In this document: positions 18,021 to 25,210 of the stretch, one piece after another
How positions within the stretch are numbered: position 1 is the stretch's first letter
Layout of the letters: every line of letters starts with the position of its first letter
NCBI RefSeq assembly: GCF_036323395.1
Contig: NZ_AP028907.1
Coordinates: 1,560,001-1,592,000, forward strand
Length of the DNA stretch: 32,000 nt
DNA from: Pyrodictium abyssi
GTDB lineage: Archaea; Thermoproteota; Thermoprotei_A; Sulfolobales; Pyrodictiaceae
Reading direction: 5' to 3'
Notes under the pieces: model-generated
Told to the model about the DNA's origin: nothing
Database searches by the model: none
What the model saw: only the letters and a program-made list of their open reading frames with translations
Translations under genes and position numbers: made by a program

Positions 18021-18323
18021 ATGGTGCGTCAGAAGCCGGTGCACGGTACGTTGTCTGCATCGACTCCCGTAGACCGTGAGGGCTACAAAAGAGCCTTCAC
18101 AGCAGCGACGTTAGCATTCTTCATAGCCTGGGCCATCATAGCTATCGGCTTCCACCTACCCGCCAAGAGCCTCTACGCCCCGCCCGGTAGCCCCGAGCGC
18201 ATCAACGGGGCTCCACTAAACTGGTGGATGATACAGATCAGCATCGGCCTCGGCGTCGTCCTCGCCTTCGTCTATGCTTTTGTGATAAACAGGCTCGACG
18301 AGAAGTTTGGGATAGAGGCCTAA
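18021..18323 (+). CDS. DUF4212-type small membrane subunit of a solute:sodium symporter
   Basis: Two TM helices and the C-terminal block NWWMIQISIGLGVVLAFVYAFVINRLDEKFG, as recalled for DUF4212. It sits 13 nt upstream of the permease. TTTAATAA TATA-like element at about 17981-17988. Confidence 0.7.
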   Translation: MVRQKPVHGTLSASTPVDREGYKRAFTAATLAFFIAWAIIAIGFHLPAKSLYAPPGSPERINGAPLNWWMIQISIGLGVVLAFVYAFVINRLDEKFGIEA

Positions 18324-18336
18324 GGGGTGGGACCGT

Positions 18337-20031
18337 ATGGACGTGATAGCGGTTTCATTCTTAATAGCCACGATAATAGCCTACATGCTCATAGCCTACC
18401 GTGCACGCGCAACAAGCACAGAAGAGTTCTACGTAGCCGGCCGTAAGGTATCACCAATCCGTAACGGTATGGCTACCGCGGCAGACTGGATGAGCGGTGC
18501 AAGCTTCATATCAATGGCCGGCGCGGTAGCCGCTCTCGGCTACGACGCAAGCGTCTTCCTAATAGGATGGAGCCTTAGCTACGTGCTACTAGCAATGCTC
18601 GTCGCGCCATTCCTACGCAGCTACGGCAAGTACACCATACCAGACTTCTTCGAGGACCGCTACTACAGCAAGAAGGCAAGGCTCTTCGCAGTCATAATGC
18701 TATACGTAGTATCGCTAACATACCTCACTGGCCAGCTACTAGGCGTAGGCATAGTGCTGTCCAGGGCCTTCGGCGTAGACGCCACCATAATGACCCTAAT
18801 AGCGCCGCTACTAGTGCTGCTCTACAGCAGCCTTGGCGGCATGAAGAGCATTACCTGGACACAAGTGGCACAGTACATAGTACTCATATCCGCATACTGG
18901 CTACCAATAGTGCTGATAAGCCACCTATGGAACCCGATACCACACATAGCCTACGGCCAGCACGTAGAGAAGGTAGACAACATAGTAATGGAGCTCAAGG
19001 GCCACGCGTGGACCGAGCCCTTCTGGCGTACCTACGCTAGCGGCACGGGTCAGCTCAACTGGCTACTAAGCACATTAGCGCTAATGCTAGGCACCATGGG
19101 CCTACCCCATGTGCTAATGAGGTTCTACACGGTGCCTAGCGTACGCGACGCACGCAAGAGCGTGGCATGGAGCCTCTTCTTCATAAGCCTGCTATACCTA
19201 ACAGCGCCAGTATACGCAGCGCTAGCAGGCGAGAAAGAGTACCAGCTATACGCTATGGTTAAGCAGCTCGACGGCCAGCCTATCGATGTCGTGAAGCAGG
19301 AGCTGATGAAGGAGCCCTGGGTAAAGAAGTGGATGGAGGCTGGCCTCATAAAGCTAGTTGACAAGAACGGCGACGGCATATTCCAGTACGGGAAGGACGT
19401 CTTCAGCATTCATAAGGACATAGCAGTGCTAGGCCTACCAGACATGTACGGTCTAGGCGCGGTGATAGCCTCAATAATACTAGTAGGCGGTATATCTGCT
19501 GCACTATCAACTGCTGACGGTCTAATACTGGCAATGACTACTGCGGCTACTCGCGACATCTACAAGTCCATAATCAACCCGCGCGCGACTGAAAAGAAGG
19601 AGCTAATGGTGGCAAGAATATCAATGGTAGGCATAGCCTTCATATCCGGTACACTAGCATACCTAATGGCCTCCAACCCGGTGATAAAGGCCTACATAGC
19701 CAAGACAGTAGCCTGGGCGTTCGCGTTCGCCGCGTCAACGCTAACGCCAGCGATGATACTAGGGCTGCACTGGAAGAGGGCCACCAAGGAGGGCGCTATC
19801 GCTGGTATGCTGGCGGGCCTGGCGGTAGCTGTACCCTACGTAGTCGGTGTGTCTCTGGGCTACATGGAGCCGGTGAGCATAGCGGGCCAGAAGATAGGCA
19901 CCATAGCATGGGGCGTGATAGGCTTCATAGTAAACATAGTAGTCAACGTAGTAGTATCGCTAATGACAAGCGAGCCTCCGAAGAAGGTACAGGAGCTTGT
20001 CGAGCAGATTAAGGTCCCAGTGAGAAAGTAA
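18337..20031 (+). CDS. Sodium:solute symporter family permease (ActP/VC_2705-like carboxylate permease)
   Basis: 564 aa with about 13 TM helices. SSS blocks include AADWMSGASFISMAG and GGMKSITWTQVAQY. GGGGTGG Shine-Dalgarno-like element upstream. Confidence 0.9.
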   Translation: MDVIAVSFLIATIIAYMLIAYRARATSTEEFYVAGRKVSPIRNGMATAADWMSGASFISMAGAVAALGYDASVFLIGWSLSYVLLAMLVAPFLRSYGKYTIPDFFEDRYYSKKARLFAVIMLYVVSLTYLTGQLLGVGIVLSRAFGVDATIMTLIAPLLVLLYSSLGGMKSITWTQVAQYIVLISAYWLPIVLISHLWNPIPHIAYGQHVEKVDNIVMELKGHAWTEPFWRTYASGTGQLNWLLSTLALMLGTMGLPHVLMRFYTVPSVRDARKSVAWSLFFISLLYLTAPVYAALAGEKEYQLYAMVKQLDGQPIDVVKQELMKEPWVKKWMEAGLIKLVDKNGDGIFQYGKDVFSIHKDIAVLGLPDMYGLGAVIASIILVGGISAALSTADGLILAMTTAATRDIYKSIINPRATEKKELMVARISMVGIAFISGTLAYLMASNPVIKAYIAKTVAWAFAFAASTLTPAMILGLHWKRATKEGAIAGMLAGLAVAVPYVVGVSLGYMEPVSIAGQKIGTIAWGVIGFIVNIVVNVVVSLMTSEPPKKVQELVEQIKVPVRK

Positions 20032-20048
20032 CGCCTGAGGGATCATTT

Positions 20049-21704
20049 ATGAGGGAGAACTCTGTTCCACGCGATATACTCATTTTTTTACAGAGTAAGG
20101 TGTTTCCTCATACCTCGCCTAGGCTTCTTGAGAGTCTGTTGCAGTGTAGCAGGATTATGCTTCTACAGGAAGGCGAGGAGCAGCGCAAGCCCGGGCTCTA
20201 CATAGTCTACAGTGGCTCTATCGCTGTAGACTCTCAGCTTCTCACTGTAGGTGACTATGTTGTCTCTGAGCATGGCGTTCGGGCGGTAGAGGAGACAATA
20301 GTTATATACGCTGACTACGAATGCGCTCGGCCAGTACTTACTCTTGGCGAGGAGGAGCCTTGCCTAGTAGGTGACCTTATCTACCGTGACCCCGTTGTTG
20401 TCGGCCCCGATATGCCCGTCATAGAAGCTGTGAAGAAAATGTACCGTGAAGGCGTATCGTCGATAATAGTAGTGGATGTGGATGGCAGGCCGTTGGGAAT
20501 ATTTACTGATACAGACTTGCGCCGCTTGGTGGCGCTGGGAGAGGACCTTTCTAGGCCGATATCAGCGTACATGACGCCTCAGCCGCTCTCCATAAAAGCT
20601 TCGGCTACGTGCATGGAAGCTGCGTTCGCGATGATGAACCGGTATGTTAAGCATATAGTGGTAGTTGACGATAGTGGTAGAGTTTCGGGGGTCGTTACTG
20701 TTCGCGACATAGCCTATGCTGAGGCTCTTGGCCCGCTCTACATGCTTCGGCGTATCCGGAGCGCCTCTAGTGTTGATGAGCTAGCGCTGCGCTACCGTGA
20801 GCTGGTATCGCTTCTCCGCCGTGAAGCGCGCCGTCTCCATCCCAGCGGTGGTGGCCGTGAAGCTGTCCATATGGTGCGTATGGCTAGCCTAGCTCTGCGT
20901 GGCGTTATGTCTAAGGCTGCAGAGCTAGCTGCTAGAGAGCTCGGCTTACCGGGTGATGGACTAGCTTATCTCTCTCTAGGCAGTAATGGTAGGCTTGAGC
21001 AGTTCCTAGCTAGCGATAGGGATACTATGCTAGTGTACTGGGGGGTAGACGAGCAGAGAGCACGTGTCTTTGCTGAGCGCGTAGAGGATATTCTTGACAG
21101 GATAGGGTTCCCCGGGTGTAGGCATGGCTATACATCGCGTCAGCTGCTCTATTCTCGGGACGAGTTGCTGGAGAAGTTAAGCTCTATGGCTAGGGACCTC
21201 ATGGATGAGAACATTGTATTGTTGAGTATGATGTTTGATGCTGTAGACGTATGGGGGCAGCACGGGACGGCGGAGTGGATTAGGAGGAGTATAGCCGAGC
21301 TCCTTTCGAGGTCGAGTAGCTATATTATGGGCGTTCTGCCGGTGTATCGGCCGAAGCTGGGTTTTGCTGGAAGGCTTCCCCGCGAACTGGACCTCAAAGC
21401 TCATGGGCTAGCACCAGTAGTTTACACGGTCAAAGCTTTTGCCTTAGCTGAGACTGTTTGGGAGCCGGTTAACACGCTTGACAGGTTAATGGCGCTAGTG
21501 GCTAAGGGCGTCGTGCCGAGCGACCTAGCTGCTGACGTTGCTGAGGCTTATCGGATACTATCCGCGTTCATGGTATGGTCGCAAGCTCTTCACGGGAGTA
21601 CTAGGATAGATACTAGCGAGCTTAGTGGATTCGAACGCTCTATACTCCGCTCGGCACTGCGCACAGTTCAACGCTTTGTTGATTATGCGCGAAGGAGGGG
21701 GTGA
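20049..21704 (+). CDS. Signal-sensing putative nucleotidyltransferase: cNMP-binding-like N-terminus + 2 CBS + DUF294 NTase + DUF294_C
   Basis: CBS pair (DPVVVGPDMPVIEAVKKMYREGVSSIIVVD... and MTPQPLSIKASATCMEAAFAMMNRYVKHIVVVD...). NTase core YLSLGSNGRLEQFLASDRDTMLVY (G-S...D-x-D). Helical C-terminal domain. Confidence 0.8.
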   Translation: MRENSVPRDILIFLQSKVFPHTSPRLLESLLQCSRIMLLQEGEEQRKPGLYIVYSGSIAVDSQLLTVGDYVVSEHGVRAVEETIVIYADYECARPVLTLGEEEPCLVGDLIYRDPVVVGPDMPVIEAVKKMYREGVSSIIVVDVDGRPLGIFTDTDLRRLVALGEDLSRPISAYMTPQPLSIKASATCMEAAFAMMNRYVKHIVVVDDSGRVSGVVTVRDIAYAEALGPLYMLRRIRSASSVDELALRYRELVSLLRREARRLHPSGGGREAVHMVRMASLALRGVMSKAAELAARELGLPGDGLAYLSLGSNGRLEQFLASDRDTMLVYWGVDEQRARVFAERVEDILDRIGFPGCRHGYTSRQLLYSRDELLEKLSSMARDLMDENIVLLSMMFDAVDVWGQHGTAEWIRRSIAELLSRSSSYIMGVLPVYRPKLGFAGRLPRELDLKAHGLAPVVYTVKAFALAETVWEPVNTLDRLMALVAKGVVPSDLAADVAEAYRILSAFMVWSQALHGSTRIDTSELSGFERSILRSALRTVQRFVDYARRRG

Positions 21705-22310
21705 TGTATAACGGGTGCTAAGGGGTATGCTGCTTTAGACATTGAGTCTACGTGTCTGGATGCCCGGAAATGTAGGATGGTCTCAGCTGCTGTTGTGCCT
21801 TTCACGGGCAATAGCTTGGAGCTATCCCGTGTCGTGTACTACTCTGAGCCCCCGGATGATGGTGTTAGAGGCTCTGCTCTTGTGCACGGTGTGACTAGGT
21901 CGTCTGGAGTTGTCGGCTCTTTTGGCCGGCTTGTGGGCGTTACGAGAGGCCGTATACTTGTAGTGTATGGGCACCATGACGTAGAGTTCTTGAGAGCTGA
22001 GGCTGCGAGGCGAGGGATAGAGATCGGGAAAGTGTGCTATGTGGATGTTCTCTCTTGGGCGCTTAGCGTTCCTAGTGCACATGATGAAGCTGTAAAGAGG
22101 GGGCGCTTCACACTTGATGACGCTCTTGCGGTGCTTATGGGTGTTGAGGTGCCCCGGCGGAGTTTCCACGACCCGGTCAGTGATGCTATACATGTGGCGT
22201 TGCTCTTTATGCATCTAGCTGAGAGGCTTGGAAATCCTCCTGTAAAGTGCTGTAGTGGGAGGGCTAGTTCTAAGCTCCGTCGTGCTCTTGCTAGGCTACT
22301 CAGACTATGA
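21704..22310 (+). CDS. DnaQ/RNase T-like DEDDh 3'-5' exonuclease with an interrupted 5' end (needs a +1 shift or a non-canonical start; possibly a pseudogene)
   Basis: Exo I AALDIESTCLD (21732-21764) lies upstream of the first in-frame ATG (21777). VHGVT, Exo II GHHDVEFL and Exo III HDPVSDAIHVALLF follow. ATG 21704 overlaps the upstream TGA but is in another frame and stops at TAA 21719-21721. Confidence 0.7.
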
Positions 22311-22569
22311 TAGGGGGTATTTGTTGCCGGCTTAAGCCCCTATACCCTGGTAGAGTTCTAATACTAGTAGAGCGTATAGCTTATAGTAATGGAGCCCTGG
22401 CTGCCCGCGGCCTCGATGGAGCCGCGGGCGGGCCCGGGGCGGTGACGGGTCGGGCTATATGCTGAGGCCTCTAGGCTCAATGAGGATGTGCCGCGGCTCG
22501 GCGGTCTATTCGACGGACGCGTTAGCTGCATGGTTTGTGTTGACATAGCTATATGGGGTGGATGTGTGA

Positions 22570-22821
22570 ATGACTGGTGAAAGGGTAGTAGCCTTCGTGT
22601 TAGCGGTTACCGAGGTGGGTAAGGAGTACGAGGTTGTGGAAAAGATTAGAGAGGTAGCAAGGCAGGCAGGTGTAGATGTAGAGGCCTATGTGGTCTACGG
22701 GGAGTATGATGTTGCGGCTAAGATAGTAGCTGATGGGCTCAAGAAGGTGGATCGTGCAGTCACTATGATAAGGACTCTGCCTGGTGTAATGCGCACTGTT
22801 ACGCTTATCGCGGCAGAGTAG
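22570..22821 (+). CDS. Stand-alone Lrp/AsnC-type ligand-binding (RAM) domain protein, 83 aa
   Basis: The beta-alpha-beta-beta-alpha-beta pattern VVAFVLAVTEVGKEYEVVEKIREV...YVVYGEYDVAAKIVADG...LPGVMRTVTLIA is typical of small AsnC_trans_reg-only proteins. Confidence 0.65.
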   Translation: MTGERVVAFVLAVTEVGKEYEVVEKIREVARQAGVDVEAYVVYGEYDVAAKIVADGLKKVDRAVTMIRTLPGVMRTVTLIAAE

Positions 22822-22860
22822 CTCCGAGGGAATCCCTCATAGTGTACAGCCGTTGCATCG

Positions 22861-22865
22861 TTTTT
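22861..22865 (+). terminator. Oligo-T tract (preceded by a GAGGG-AAT-CCCTC hairpin) after the RAM-domain gene
   Basis: Hairpin at 22826-22838 directly after the stop codon, then TTTTT at 22861-22865. Confidence 0.4.
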
Positions 22866-23052
22866 ATAGCCGGTCAGAGGCGGGTGCTGCTAGGCTCTTG
22901 TCCAGTGGAAGACTCACGGTATGCTGTGTGGTTTAGGCATCCATTTAATTTCTAGCCAGTATGTTGAATACAGCAAGCATCTAGGGTAGCCTGTAGCCTC
23001 GTATGAAGCTCATAACGGGTCTAACGACATACGTTGAGATTAGTTTGCGGCT

Positions 23053-23772
23053 GTGAGGGTTGGTATGGTGTTTGGAAGGATATCTTTTGGCGAGCATAGT
23101 GTTTGTGGAGTACGGTTTAGGCTAGAGCGGTATGGTGATAAGTGTAGTTATAGAAGGGGTAGTGTATCTGCTATTGTGCCGTGTGATGACGTGTACGTCT
23201 ATCCTGTAGCACCGGTATTTTATCCGGAGTATCTAACTAGCTATATCATGATGAGGCTTCGGGAGCCAGTTGTGATTAGAGATGGTGGTGAGGAGGAGTT
23301 CTGGGCTAGACTGGAGTTTGATGTCGCTGTAGTAGTGGGCTCTAGGGATACAGGCTATGAGGTTGTCGATGTGTTTCCGTCGAGTGGAGTGGGCAAGTAT
23401 GCGCTCTATGGCTCTCCTAGCCGCGGGATAATAGCCCGGTTTGTACCCGTAGAGGTTCTTTATGAGCCGTTGGAGGAGCCTTGTAAGGCTCTGGTGAGGG
23501 TTACTGTTCATAACCGATCTATTAGGTCTATCCGTTTGTCTAGGATAGTGTTTCCTGCGCAGCCGTTTAACCTATACTACGATGATGATGGCCGTGTTGT
23601 TGGCTCTAGTCTATATGTAGCGGTTACGAGCCCGTTTACGGCTGTTGTTTCCCTCCGTGAACCGAGTCTGCCGGACGGTTTTCGGAAGACTCCGAGGCTT
23701 CTAGGACAGAAGGGCGGGGTATCGGTGCAGACACGATGGAGCCAGAGCTTTGTCATGAGCTATGGCCTCTAG
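23053..23772 (+). CDS. Hypothetical protein (239 aa), possibly DUF432-like
   Basis: GTG start and very T3-rich codon use. The VYPVAPVFYPE...VVDVFPSSGVGKYALYGSPSRGIIARF pattern resembles my recollection of archaeal DUF432; this is unverified. It overlaps the convergent gene by 20 nt. Confidence 0.5.
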   Translation: MRVGMVFGRISFGEHSVCGVRFRLERYGDKCSYRRGSVSAIVPCDDVYVYPVAPVFYPEYLTSYIMMRLREPVVIRDGGEEEFWARLEFDVAVVVGSRDTGYEVVDVFPSSGVGKYALYGSPSRGIIARFVPVEVLYEPLEEPCKALVRVTVHNRSIRSIRLSRIVFPAQPFNLYYDDDGRVVGSSLYVAVTSPFTAVVSLREPSLPDGFRKTPRLLGQKGGVSVQTRWSQSFVMSYGL

Positions 23773-24298
23773 CTTCTTCGAGCATTATCAGGGTTATACC
23801 TGCCTCTTCTTTAGAGACTTTGGCTCCGTAGCTCTCTGCTATGCCCTCAACCATGCTTCTAATAGCTTCCTCGCTAGGCCTAGTAGGCGGTAGTAGGACT
23901 ATCTTGTCTTTCTCTCTTATAGCTATCCTTGAGTCCTCTAGTATAATGTCGAGAGCCTCTTCTAGGCTAACGCCTATGCTCCGGAGTAGTGCGCCTAGTT
24001 TTCTCCCCTCAAGCCGTACTTGTTCACCGGCTTCTTCGGGGTTGCAATTGTCTAGTAGGGATAGTGGTAGTAGTGCTACTCCTGCACGCCGCAGCTTACT
24101 GTATATGAGCGCTTTCCGGAGCACTATGGGCGCGAACGAGTTGTTGGTTTCAGCGTCTATGGCGCCGGTTAGTAGTGCTCTCATGTAAGCGGATATGGTC
24201 ATGCCGTGTCTAGCAGCTATATCCTTCACTAAGTCTGCGAGTTCGGAGTCTATCATTATCGGCCTTCGTTTCCGTGCAGCGCTATTCTCCTGCGGCAA
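23753..24298 (-). CDS. Ribbon-helix-helix-like N-terminal domain protein, paralog 1 (181 aa)
   Basis: RRPIMIDSELADLVKDIAARHGMTISAYMRALLTGAI fits the RHH strand-helix-helix pattern. The C-terminal KIVLLPPTRPSEEAIRSMVEGIAESYGAKV...ITLIMLE looks like a ferredoxin-like fold. Paralogous to the next gene. Confidence 0.6.
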   Translation of the reverse strand: MPQENSAARKRRPIMIDSELADLVKDIAARHGMTISAYMRALLTGAIDAETNNSFAPIVLRKALIYSKLRRAGVALLPLSLLDNCNPEEAGEQVRLEGRKLGALLRSIGVSLEEALDIILEDSRIAIREKDKIVLLPPTRPSEEAIRSMVEGIAESYGAKVSKEEAGITLIMLEEARGHSS

Positions 24299-24372
24299 AG
24301 CAGTCCAGGCCCAGTACCTAGGAATAGTAGAAGCTAGCCTTTATACTAGGAAGCATCCTTGGCGGCGAGGTG

Positions 24373-24969
24373 TCAAGTATTCCGCCTGTATTGGAGGACT
24401 ACTATCGAGCCGTAGTTCTCGACGGACTCTACCCTTAGCCCCCACGCTTCAAGTACTCTTGCCGATACAGCCTTGAGTAGCTCCAGCATGCCTTCGCCCG
24501 GCGGCTCAGCGAGCGTTATAACTATCTTCCCGGTATCGCCTTCGTTTATCTCGTCTATAGAGGCGCTGGGCGCGAAAAGATAGATTAGGTCTTTTACAGT
24601 GACGCTGTCCATGCTGCGTAGCTTGGCAGATACAGCTATAGAGGCAGCGAGCGATTCCACCTCCTTTATAAACTGGTCTCTCACTACAGTGTCAACAGAA
24701 TCCACTAGCTGCGCGAGTCCTCGTTGAGGAACTACTATACCTCCTAGCCGGTGCATATCGGTCAGTAGTACGGCTTCGGTGAAGATTGAGGAAATGTTAT
24801 CCTTACCGTGTAGGGTGCGTGTTGCGAAAGAGAGTATGAGCGTGACTAGCTCTGAGATAGTTAGCCCAGAGCGCTTAGCTATCATGGCTAGGTCGTTTAG
24901 CAGACTCTCGGGTATTGCTATAAGCTTCTTTGAGCCCTTGGGACCCGGCATCTGGAGGCCCTCTCCCAA
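24373..24969 (-). CDS. Ribbon-helix-helix-like N-terminal domain protein, paralog 2 (198 aa)
   Basis: KKLIAIPESLLNDLAMIAKRSGLTISELVTLILSFAT aligns with paralog 1 (11/33 identical, including the I-x-I, IA-x-R-x-G and TIS positions). Same overall architecture. Confidence 0.6.
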   Translation of the reverse strand: MGEGLQMPGPKGSKKLIAIPESLLNDLAMIAKRSGLTISELVTLILSFATRTLHGKDNISSIFTEAVLLTDMHRLGGIVVPQRGLAQLVDSVDTVVRDQFIKEVESLAASIAVSAKLRSMDSVTVKDLIYLFAPSASIDEINEGDTGKIVITLAEPPGEGMLELLKAVSARVLEAWGLRVESVENYGSIVVLQYRRNT

Positions 24970-25159
24970 GCTTTACGTGTACGTCGTAAGGGGGCCAGCG
25001 TGTTCCGGGATAGTAGTCCCGCTAGGCTAACAAAGTTAAACGCTAGTTATAGCTTCCCGTGAGCCCGGCTACAACGCGTGATTGTGCAAAAGGCTTCTTC
25101 CTTGTTTGTTGTTGGTGCTTGGTGCTCTGCACACAGTAAGTATAGAGATAGTATAGGCT

Positions 25160-25164
25160 AAAAA
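25160..25164 (-). terminator. Oligo-T tract downstream of the 656-aa protein gene
   Basis: TTTTT on the minus strand about 47 nt after the stop at 25211-25213. Confidence 0.35.
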
Positions 25165-25210
25165 GCGTCATGTATAGGGTGCGTTTACTAGTCGCTGCAT
25201 CGATGGATAT

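Noticed and set aside
21627-21636. GGATTCGAAC, a T-arm-like string that prompted a search for tRNA genes
   Set aside because: It lies inside the DUF294 coding frame with no cloverleaf context. No GGTTCRAATCC-type T-loop or acceptor/D-arm arrangement was found in any intergenic spacer.
22364-22546. 60-aa minus-strand ORF
   Set aside because: The Ser/Pro/Arg/Thr low-complexity translation is an artefact of a GC-rich hairpin block. It is most likely a frame left open by composition.
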